Of a DNA stretch of 23,351 bases, positions 1-8,108 are shown one piece after another. The notes beneath the pieces are model-generated. The model ran no database searches. It was not told where the DNA came from and saw nothing but the letters and a program-made list of their open reading frames with translations. Both the position numbers and the translations under genes were made by a program. This DNA comes from an uncultured Nitrososphaerota archaeon (lineage in GTDB: Archaea > Korarchaeota > Korarchaeia > Korarchaeales > Korarchaeaceae): positions 1 to 23,351 of the forward strand of contig CAZUBM010000025.1 in NCBI GenBank assembly GCA_964618805.1, given 5' to 3'. Positions within the stretch are counted from its first letter, which is position 1. The number at the start of each line of letters is the position of its first letter.

Positions 1-55
1 TGCTTGAGAGGTCTATCTCCAGGTAGAATCCGGCATAGCCTCCTAGTCTAGCCAT
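1..55 (-). CDS. N-terminus of an aldehyde:ferredoxin oxidoreductase (AOR) family protein, running off the window edge
   Basis: Minus strand from ATG at 55 reads MARLGGYAGFYLEIDLSS, matching the AOR N-terminal pattern and the in-window AOR (MFYGWAGTVLRVNLT). GAGGTG RBS at 61-66. Lies directly downstream of a 4Fe-4S gene. Confidence 0.75.
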   Translation of the reverse strand, partial: MARLGGYAGFYLEIDLSS

Positions 56-67
56 ATTACCACCTCT

Positions 68-571
68 TCATGGTATTCTCGGGAGAACGAGCTCGATTAA
101 CCTTGTGATCTTCTCTAAGGAACGTTTCTTCTTTATCACATTGAAGACAGTCACTGGCACAAACTCTATTGCTTTCTCAACACAATATTTGACGCATTCT
201 GGGTCCCCATCACATAGATCGCACTTTATCGGCTTATGCGTCACGTAGTCTAGGGAATTGCCTCCGAAGGGACATACCGCGATGCATGTTTTGCATCCTA
301 TGCACTTCTCATAATCTATGAGGACTGGTCCGGTCTCCTCCTCTCTGTAAGTTGCTCCAGTAGGACAGGTAGTTATGCAAGGTGCTTCCTCGCACTGTTG
401 ACAAACCATAGGCAAATTTACCCCTCTCTCAGGATCCCTCAATACAGTTATCCTCGCCCTTCTTGGGTTGAACTCTCTGTAATGAGCGAAAGAACAGACG
501 ACTTCGCAGATCCTGCATCCTGTGCATCTTTCGGGATCCACAATCAGTATCATTGGTACTCTGGAACTCAT
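68..571 (-). CDS. 4x[4Fe-4S] dicluster protein (AorA/HydN/CooF-like electron-transfer subunit)
   Basis: 16 Cys in four motifs: CTGCRICEVVC, CQQCEEAPCITTC, CIGCKTCIAVC, CDLCDGDPECVKYC. Start moved from 604 to ATG 571 (MSSRV) because a GGTGA RBS lies 5 nt upstream. Confidence 0.93.
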   Translation of the reverse strand: MSSRVPMILIVDPERCTGCRICEVVCSFAHYREFNPRRARITVLRDPERGVNLPMVCQQCEEAPCITTCPTGATYREEETGPVLIDYEKCIGCKTCIAVCPFGGNSLDYVTHKPIKCDLCDGDPECVKYCVEKAIEFVPVTVFNVIKKKRSLEKITRLIELVLPRIP

Positions 572-832
572 GGCTTTCACCGCATAGTTGTAGCTCTTTC
601 CCATGGAAAAAAATTAATCTTAAACTTCACCCTACGGGACATTTCTATTGAGGGATGAGTTAAAAGAGGAGATAAGGGATATAGCCCTCATAATGGCTAA
701 GGAGCTTAGTCATGCTCTAAAGCATGAACTTAGGTCCTAGCAAGAGGATGATTGCTGGTGAGATAAGTACTGGCTTCAGCCCGTGAGAAACCCCCTCCCT
801 TTCTTCTTTCTTTTTAGGATTATTAGAGGTGC

Positions 833-2408
833 GTGCTTAGCATGGGGTTTGCTAATGAGAGGATAGTGAGGATGAGGGGGATAGTCAAGAGATTCCCAGG
901 AGTAACAGCTAACGACCACATAGATCTCGAGATAAGGACAGGTGAGGTTCTCGGTCTCCTTGGGGAGAATGGGGCTGGAAAGACTACCCTCATGAACATC
1001 CTATACGGCTTGTACAGGCCGGATGAAGGGGATATTTACGTTGATGGTGAGAAAGTCGAGTTCAAATCTCCAAGGGATGCTATAGAACATGGGATAGGTA
1101 TGGTTCATCAACACTTCATGCTAATAGATGATTTCACGGTAGTCGAGAACGTAATACTTGGCTTAAGAGAGTTTGGTCTCATCCTTCATTTAGGCGAGGC
1201 AGTCAAGAGAATTGAAGAAATTTCCTCGGAATTTGAGCTAAAAGTAGACCCCTGGATGAAGGTTTGGCAGCTATCAGCTGGGGAGAGGCAGAGAGTTGAG
1301 ATAATAAAGGCACTATTCAGAAAAGTCAGAACCCTTATCCTAGATGAGCCGACATCAGTACTAACCCCTCAAGAATCCAGAAGCCTCTTCAGAACTCTGA
1401 GAAAGTTCGTTGAGAGAGGGATTGCAGTAATCTTCATCACACAAGCTCCATGAAGTCATGGAGGTAGCTGACAGGATTGTGGTACTTAGAAAGGGCAGAG
1501 TGGTCGGGAGACTTAGGAAGGAGGAGGCTTCTATCCCAGGATTGGCTAAACTTATGGTAGGACGGGAAGTTCTCTTCAGACTTGAGAAGAGGCCTGTCTC
1601 GCCTGGAGATGTGGCCCTTGAGATTAGAGGATTGAAAGCTATCGGAGACAAAGGAGTTCTCGCCTTAAGGGGAATCTGGCTCAAGGTTAGAAGGGGGGAG
1701 ATTATTGGGATAGCCGGAGTTGCTGGGAATGGTCAGAAGGAGTTAGTTGAAGTAATATATGGTCTAAGAAAATCTCTAGAGGGAAAAATTACACTATTCG
1801 GCCAGGATATGACCAGGAAACCAACGAGCAGAATAATAAGATTGGGAACATCCCTTATACCTGAGGATAGACTCAGAAGAGGGATTATCCCCAACTTTTC
1901 GGTTTCAGAGAATCTAGTATTGGAATCCATAGATAGCGAACCCTTTTCCTCTAAACTTATGGGTGAACTCAGGAAACTCAACGAGGCAGAGATAGAGAGG
2001 CATGCAGAGGAGTTAATAAAGAAATTCAACATAGTGACCCCTTCAACAGAAACTAGGGCAATAACCCTCTCAGGCGGCAACATCCAAAGATTGATCCTAG
2101 CTAGAGAACTCAGCAGGAAACCGAGTCTTATAATAGCGGAGGAGCCTACAGCTGGACTAGATGTAGCAGCAGCGGAATTCATAAGAAAACTTCTACTTAA
2201 AGCAAGAGAAAGGATGAGTGCCATTCTCCTTGTATCAGGGGACCTATCTGAAATCCTATCGCTAAGCGATAAAGTTGCGGTAATGTACGAGGGCGAAATA
2301 ACCGGGACTTTTAGACCCGGAGAAGTATCCATCGATGAAATCGGGCTAATGATGACCGGGGCGAAGAGAATGCCGAAAGAGAAGGTGATTAACTTTTGGG
2401 AGCTATAA
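833..2408 (+). pseudogene. Two-domain sugar/nucleoside (CUT2-type) ABC ATPase split by a 2-bp frameshift at about 1436-1443 (pseudogene or sequencing error)
   Basis: ORF 833-1453 has Walker A GENGAGKT, signature LSAGE and Walker B ILDEPT. ORF 1458-2408 continues with GVAGNGQ, LSGGN and AEEPT. The junction ATCACACAAGCTCCATGAAGTC needs one more CA to read ITHKLHEVMEV, as in the paralog (ITHKLDEVMRV). Confidence 0.9.
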
Positions 2409-3457
2409 GACTAGAGGAGAGAAGAGAAGTCCCCCCACATCTCTATATAATCGTGCCAATCATGGCATTTCTATCTGCCTTCCTACTGGGTGGATTGCTA
2501 ATGGAGTGGGCTGGTGCAGAGCCGCTATCAGGATACAAAGCTTTCTTAAAAGGGGCTCTTGGATCCCTCCCAACACTAGGAGATACTCTTGTCAGAATGA
2601 TCCCCTTCCTCCTAATGGCCACAGGAATAGCCATCTCAAATAAATGTGGAGTGCTAAACGTTGGAGCTGAGGGACAATTCATAATGGGAGCATTAGCTAC
2701 TACATGGATGGCTGTTCTCTTCCAAGAGAACCTCCCCTCCCCCCTCATAGCACTAATGGGAATAATAACCTCTCTTGCTGCTGGAGCCTCATGGGGCGGA
2801 ATAGCTGGCTACCTCAAGGCTAAAATGGGAATAAATGAGGTGGTCACCACTGTAATGATGAATTGGTTAGCATTTAAGCTAATGCAGTGGTTATTAAGAG
2901 GCCCACTAAGAAGTCCCCTATCCCAAATGTGGCCAATGTCCCCTCCAATCAAGCCAAAAATGCCCATAATCCTACCGGGAACTAGACTTCACGCTGGATT
3001 CATAATAGCCCTTTTAGTAGCCATTGGAGGTTACTACCTTCTCTTCAAAACAAACCTAGGATTTAAGATGAGAGCATGCGGTCAGAATCCATCTAGCGCA
3101 CTCTACGCAGGCTATGATGTCGAGAGAATAACTCTCATAAGCATGATGATAAGCGGAGGACTAGCTGGCCTAGCCGGTTCGATAGAGGTGATGGGGGTCT
3201 TCCATGTACTCTATGAGGGTATAGCAGTTGGATTAGGATACACAGCCATAGTTGTAGCTCTAGTAGGGAAAAATCATCCAATAGCAATAATTCCATCCTC
3301 CCTAATGTTCGGCGTCATATACAATGGGGTTGTATACCTACAAGCAGCAACGGGAGTTACCTACACACTCTCCAAGGCCATGGAGGGAATGATCTACCTA
3401 TTCGTCCTAGTATCCGAACTATTCGTTAGATACAGAATTAGGGTGGTGAGAAGCTAA
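2396..3457 (+). CDS. Nucleoside/sugar ABC transporter permease (BPD_transp_2), subunit 1
   Basis: Hydrophobic 353 aa with LNVGAEGQ, INEVVTTVMMNW and GGLAGLAG motifs. TTG start after an AAGGTGA RBS. Paralog of 13779-14825. Confidence 0.92.
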   Translation: MGAIRLEERREVPPHLYIIVPIMAFLSAFLLGGLLMEWAGAEPLSGYKAFLKGALGSLPTLGDTLVRMIPFLLMATGIAISNKCGVLNVGAEGQFIMGALATTWMAVLFQENLPSPLIALMGIITSLAAGASWGGIAGYLKAKMGINEVVTTVMMNWLAFKLMQWLLRGPLRSPLSQMWPMSPPIKPKMPIILPGTRLHAGFIIALLVAIGGYYLLFKTNLGFKMRACGQNPSSALYAGYDVERITLISMMISGGLAGLAGSIEVMGVFHVLYEGIAVGLGYTAIVVALVGKNHPIAIIPSSLMFGVIYNGVVYLQAATGVTYTLSKAMEGMIYLFVLVSELFVRYRIRVVRS

Positions 3458-4391
3458 TGTTGGAACTAGCCGAACCAATACTAAACTTAACAGTTGTTAT
3501 GGGCACCCCCTAGCTCTAGCGGGAGTAGGAGAGGTTTATTCAGAAAGATCAGGCATCCTAAACCTCGGAATAGAGGGCATAATGCTTATGGGAGCATTCA
3601 TAAGCTTCTACTGCACATACACCACAGGAAGCCTACTACTCGGCTACTTATCTGCCATAACTGTAGGAATGGCCCTCGGAGCCCTAATGGGATTCCTATC
3701 CATAACGCTGAAGGTAGATCAGGTAATAGCAGGAATGGGTATCTTCTTCTTGGGCTTCGGCCTATCAGACTTTCTCTACAGATCAATCTTCGGAGAAAAA
3801 CATGTAACAATAGAGAAATCAGCACAATTCCTCATCCCCGGGCTCTCGAAGATCCCAATAATAGGAAGAGGATTCTTTAACCAATACCCAGCAGTCTACC
3901 TCTCCTACATCCTAATCCCCCTAATGTGGTTTATACTCTATAGATCCCGATGGGGGCTCTCACTCAGGGCAGCAGGAGAAAACCCCAGAGCAGCGGATAC
4001 ATTAGGAGTAAACGTACCTCTAGTAAGATATCTAGCCACAATACTAGGATCCGGACTAGCGGGTCTAGCCGGCGGATTCCTCTGTCTCGGAGTTGTGGGA
4101 CTCTTCTTCGAAAACCTAACATTCGGCATGGGATTCATAGCAATAGGGCTAGTCTACTTCGGCAAATGGGACCCATTAAGAACATGGGCTGGCTCCATGA
4201 TATTTGGATTCTCATGGTCGATAGCGACAACTCTACAAGAATACCTGGCCAGAATCGGATATCCATCCGCAACCTACTTCCTCCTAACTCTCCCCTATCT
4301 TACAATAATACTAGCCCTAATAGCCGTCTCCAGAGGGACAAGAGCACCTCCAGCCCTAGGAATACCATACAGAAGAGAACAACAGGCCTGA
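3457..4391 (+). pseudogene. Nucleoside/sugar ABC permease, subunit 2, with a 1-bp deletion in a C run at 3506-3510
   Basis: ATG 3457 overlaps the upstream TAA and reads MLELAEPILNLTVVMGTP then TAG. A sixth C restores TP-LALAGVGEVYSERSGILNLGIEGIMLMG, continuous with ORF 3582-4391 and matching the paralog ([30 protein letters not shown]). Confidence 0.88.
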
Positions 4392-4399
4392 GCCACCCA

Positions 4400-4891
4400 C
4401 TACTCCTGAGAAACCTTAACACCAGGCTTAGACCACCTCTCCCTTAAAGCCTCATGAAGACAAGCAAGATATCTCTCCCCCCTACTAGAAGCCATCTCCC
4501 TCTCATCAACTATTCTAAGACAACCAACAGGACACCATTCAACACAAGACCCACACAAAACACACTTAATAGCCACACCCCTCTCCGGATGAATTCTTAT
4601 CGCACCAAAAGGACAAACCTCGACACAACTCCCACACCCTATGCACTTCCCCTCATCAACTAATACAACCCCCCTAGCATCCCTATAGAGAGCACCAACA
4701 GGACAAGCATCCACACACGGAGCCCTTGCACAATTCCTACAGGCTATCGGCTGATCAAGAGGCATTAAACTCAAAACCCTAATCCTCGACCGAGAAGGAT
4801 CTATCAAACCCTCAAAGACAAACGAGCACACAATCTCACAAAGCTTACACCCAGTACACTCAAGGGGATCAGCAAACAAATGCTTAGGCAA
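4400..4891 (-). CDS. 4x[4Fe-4S] dicluster protein
   Basis: CTGCKLCEIVC, CRNCARAPCVDAC, CIGCGSCVEVC, CVLCGSCVEWC. TTG start after GGTGA. Closest in-window paralog is 17841-18239. Confidence 0.93.
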   Translation of the reverse strand: MPKHLFADPLECTGCKLCEIVCSFVFEGLIDPSRSRIRVLSLMPLDQPIACRNCARAPCVDACPVGALYRDARGVVLVDEGKCIGCGSCVEVCPFGAIRIHPERGVAIKCVLCGSCVEWCPVGCLRIVDEREMASSRGERYLACLHEALRERWSKPGVKVSQE

Positions 4892-5026
4892 TCACTCACC
4901 CTAACATGCCTAATATCCTCTCATTAATATCAATTGAGTTCCCACTCTAAACAAGCTGACTACCATCACACTCATCTACTCATGTCCATATCCGAATCTA
5001 CTAACAGCAAAGATGCCGTTCCTCCT

Positions 5027-5231
5027 TCATAGGATCGTCACTTCATCCTCGGGATATAGGCCAATGCTAGCTCAGATTTAGGATACTTCTTTTTAGCCGT
5101 CTCGTAAGCTTCCTTGGCTGTCTCTCCGTAGCCTATAACCTGCTTATTCCATATGGCTACGTGCATTCCACGGTACTTCTTAAGCTCCCTAGGGTTACTA
5201 GCATACCACAGGAATCCTCATCGACAGCCAT
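5027..5231 (-). pseudogene. DUF5678-like small protein with two 1-bp deletions
   Basis: With single-base corrections near 5213 and 5051 it reads MAVDExFLWYASNPRELKKYRGMHVAIWNKQVIGYGETAKEAYETAKKKYPKSELALAYIPEDEVTIL* (68 aa). The KYxGxxVAI...VIGYGxTAKEAYExAKKKYP pattern resembles DUF5678 (from recall). GGTG RBS upstream. Confidence 0.65.
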
Positions 5232-5284
5232 AACTGCACCGCTACTAGCATTTACCCTCAAATAAATAAACGTTATGAGAAGCG

Positions 5285-5881
5285 TACAGGCATATAAAGA
5301 AGGATCTGGAAGTTGAAAGAACTCCCGTCCACATTCATGTCGAGGCTGACATAACCAAAGGAAAGTATTGCGATTATGACATATTTATCACTGAGGAGGC
5401 AGCCCATTACCTCAAAGCTTTACTTAGAGCAAAGGAGCAGAGGAACCGATGATATGCTCCCAAGGGAGATAACCGATGAATCGCCTTTACTCAGGACATA
5501 TGAAAGGGAGTTAAATTTCTAAGAAACATTTACACCTCGGCGAATTTGAGGATATTCCCGAAAGCAAAAACAAAAGAGGAGATCTATGGGGATCTTCTAA
5601 GGAGATGGATAAAGATTGCAAGGGAGGAAGGTATAAACATCACCCTATCCAAGATTCAGGAAATTATCACTTTGCTAGAGGACTCCGGGCATCTTATGCT
5701 TGGTGCTATGGGTATATCAGAGGAAGAGGAAACAGAGATTCATGCAAGGGTACTATGGGAGATACTGCGCAGGGATCTGCTAACTAGGTTAACATCACAT
5801 GTAGAGGGAGAGGTAAATCTTTATCTGTTCCCTTGTGACTTATTGCTAGTCTCGGGTGCCGAGATTGCCAAAAAAGTTTGA
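5285..5881 (+). pseudogene. Degraded tyrosine recombinase/integrase relic (mid-domain fragment plus C-terminal tail)
   Basis: Reads YRHIKKDLEVERTPVHIHVEADITKGKYCDYDIFITEEAAHYLKA / YLEQRSRGTDDMLPREITDESPLLRTYE / KGVKFLRNIYTSANLRIFPKAKTKEE... This resembles archaeal integrases (TKGK catalytic-Lys region, ESPL motif, FLRNIY tail). No HxxR box is present. ORF 5546-5881 is the tail. Confidence 0.6.
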
Positions 5882-6152
5882 AATACATCTGTTCGGTGAA
5901 ATACGAGGCACCATCAAAGCTAAGCAACCGAACTTTGAGGCTGAAGCAGAGACCTTAGAAGAGTCCCTTTATCGCCTTTGGAAAGTATTTTCTAGCGATG
6001 TTAAGTCCACCCTTTTCAATAAGAAGGGAATCTTAAAACCATGTTTCTTGTTAATGGTCAACAGTAAGGAGATGAAATTTTCCTGGAACTTGAAGCTAAG
6101 ACTCAAGGATAAAGATTGCTCAAAAATCCCTCCTTCTCTCGATGTAGGGTGA
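5865..6152 (+). CDS. MoaD/ThiS (ubiquitin-like beta-grasp) protein, divergent copy without C-terminal GG
   Basis: MPKKFEIHLFGEIR...ETLEESLYRL...LLMVN...KIPPSLDVG. TTG start inferred from the GGGTG RBS and the paralog at 18631. Confidence 0.7.
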   Translation: MPKKFEIHLFGEIRGTIKAKQPNFEAEAETLEESLYRLWKVFSSDVKSTLFNKKGILKPCFLLMVNSKEMKFSWNLKLRLKDKDCSKIPPSLDVG

Positions 6153-7414
6153 AGGCATTGAGGGCAGATATCCTAGTCGTAGGCAGCGGAATTGCTGGGA
6201 TTTCAGCGGCTATTGCTGCCAAAAATACAGATCCAAAAAGAGAGGTGATTTTAATTGGGGAAGAAGAATTCTTATACAGAAGACCTGCAATATTCTCGCT
6301 AATAGATAACAGCTCCCTAGAAGATCTGGCAATATATAGCCCAGATCTCATGACAAAATACAACATAAGATCATTATTTGGAATTAAAGTAAAGGCAATC
6401 AACCTTGAGGATAGGTCGGCAACGCTTGATAATGGTGAAAAGGTAGTTTTTGATAAAGTTGTAATATCAACGGGCGGTAAGCCATTTATCCCTCCAATAG
6501 AGGGTTCCGATATCAAAGGTGTTATTCCCTTCAGGTGCTGTTCGGATGCCCTAAGCATAAGAAGGATGCTAAGTGTTGGGAGCAGATGTGTCATAATAGG
6601 AGCTGGGTTGATAGGAGTCAAGCTTGCTTCTATTCTTCATAAGAAGGGAGTGAAGGTCCTCCTTGTTGAGCTTAAAAATGTCTTATGGACTCTGTTAGAG
6701 CGTCCTTTATCCACTTATGTTAGAGACTTACTTCATTCTAACGGAATTTCAATCATTGAGGGAAAAGAGGTCGAGTCCATAAAAGGTCGGCATCATGTAA
6801 ATTCGGTTGTTATTGATGATAGGAAATATAACGCTAATTTCGTGATCATTACTGCTGGAGTTAGATCTAGAAGTGAAATTGTGATCAATCAACTTAAGTT
6901 GGGAGTTAGGGGGGCTATAGAAACTGACAAATTTATGAAAACATCAATGGATGGCGTATATGCCTGCGGGGACTGTGCTGAAACCATTGATCTGGTTTCA
7001 GGGAAGAAAACCTATAGACCAATTGGAAGCATAGCTTATCAGGCTGGAAAGCTAGCTGGCGCCAATTCAGTTAGAGAGGAGAGAAGATATAATGGATTCC
7101 TCAGGTTACAGGGAGATGATTTTTTGGGAATTTCCATAACATCAATCGGCCTAACTGGAAGTGAGGCCAGGGTTTTGGGAGTAGATTTCAAGGTGCTTCC
7201 TTTGAAGTACAGAGAAGTAAAGTTTGGTATCTACTCCAACCTTTTCAACCGGCCAGGGAAGTTACTTGGGATAGTTGACGCAAAGGAAAGATTAATAGGA
7301 TTTCAGGCAGTAGGGCAGAAATTGTCTAGAAAATCAATCAATTCAATTTCTTCGTTGATATCAGCCGGATGTAACGTGGATGAATTGGAATCTATTGGTT
7401 TAGAACCTGTCTAA
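6149..7414 (+). CDS. FAD-dependent NAD(P)H oxidoreductase (Pyr_redox_2; AorC/rubredoxin-reductase-like)
   Basis: GSGIAG FAD motif, STGG, GAGLIG NAD-binding motif, VYACGDCA. GTG start at 6149 overlaps the MoaD-like TGA (GTGA), as in the paralog at 18921. Confidence 0.92.
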   Translation: MKALRADILVVGSGIAGISAAIAAKNTDPKREVILIGEEEFLYRRPAIFSLIDNSSLEDLAIYSPDLMTKYNIRSLFGIKVKAINLEDRSATLDNGEKVVFDKVVISTGGKPFIPPIEGSDIKGVIPFRCCSDALSIRRMLSVGSRCVIIGAGLIGVKLASILHKKGVKVLLVELKNVLWTLLERPLSTYVRDLLHSNGISIIEGKEVESIKGRHHVNSVVIDDRKYNANFVIITAGVRSRSEIVINQLKLGVRGAIETDKFMKTSMDGVYACGDCAETIDLVSGKKTYRPIGSIAYQAGKLAGANSVREERRYNGFLRLQGDDFLGISITSIGLTGSEARVLGVDFKVLPLKYREVKFGIYSNLFNRPGKLLGIVDAKERLIGFQAVGQKLSRKSINSISSLISAGCNVDELESIGLEPV

Positions 7415-7476
7415 AGGAGTTTATAGTTTTCCTGAGCCTACTCACAATCTTGGTCGTCCATAAAAATATAAGTAAA

Positions 7477-8067
7477 CTAAGCTTCTAAGAGCTCTTTAAG
7501 CTTATTAACAAGCTCTGAAATCGATCCAAGCTCAGAAAACTCTGGATAGGCTAGAAAAGGTATCTTTATGTTGTTTGCATCCAGTTCTCTTCTCAAAATT
7601 TCTATGAAGATTCCCTCTCCTCTAACAAACTTCTGCTTTGGAGGCTTCCTTCTGAGTATTTCCTCCTCCAAAAATCCGCCCCATCTTGATCCTATTTCTT
7701 CGTTTGTCCAGTTAACTCCACAAACCGGACTACCATCAGCACCAACGATAGCTAAAACCTTGTAGCCGTTTTTCACATAATCTGAGATCTGAAAGACTAT
7801 TTCTTTGGCTATCCTTTTGCAAAATTCTCGAAAGAAAGGAACGTTATATTGCTCCCTAACCATACCCCATCTCCTTATCCCCCAATACATCATCTCTGGG
7901 CAAGGCATCTGTAATATCCCAATCTCATGCTTAAGCAAAAATTCTACAATCTCAGGTATGGCTCCGGGAGCAATTGCTATTCCAAAGACCTTTGAGTTTT
8001 GGTTTAAGAGACAATGAGCAAGAACAACAATTTTCCTGCTTCTCTTATCCTTTAGATTCATAATCAC
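7477..8067 (-). CDS. TudS-related (DUF523 / CD3072-like) putative [4Fe-4S] thio-nucleobase desulfidase
   Basis: Three Cys-containing motifs typical of DUF523/TudS-like proteins (AHCLLNQN, QMPCPE, GSPVCGV) plus a GxGIF motif near the C-terminus. Confidence 0.8.
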   Translation of the reverse strand: MIMNLKDKRSRKIVVLAHCLLNQNSKVFGIAIAPGAIPEIVEFLLKHEIGILQMPCPEMMYWGIRRWGMVREQYNVPFFREFCKRIAKEIVFQISDYVKNGYKVLAIVGADGSPVCGVNWTNEEIGSRWGGFLEEEILRRKPPKQKFVRGEGIFIEILRRELDANNIKIPFLAYPEFSELGSISELVNKLKELLEA

Positions 8068-8108
8068 TCAATACTTAATACTTCACATCTAACTAATAAT
8101 TCCCTGGT

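Noticed and set aside
1430-1460. Programmed ribosomal frameshift in the ABC ATPase
   Set aside because: No slippery heptamer or evident stimulatory structure. A CA-unit loss explains it, and the paralog is uninterrupted.
3494-4663. Alternative-frame ORFs 3494-3880, 3950-4447 and 4454-4663
   Set aside because: Shadows of the permease and ferredoxin genes, with no motifs.
6116-6148. N-terminal extension of the first FAD oxidoreductase
   Set aside because: The paralog shows the start is the GTG overlapping the MoaD-like stop (6149).
6149-7414. CoA-disulfide reductase / NADH oxidase annotation
   Set aside because: The redox-active Cys position reads YRRP in both copies.
7477-8067. Selenoprotein version of the TudS-related family
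   Set aside because: No in-frame TGA; all three motif positions are Cys and the ORF ends at TAG.
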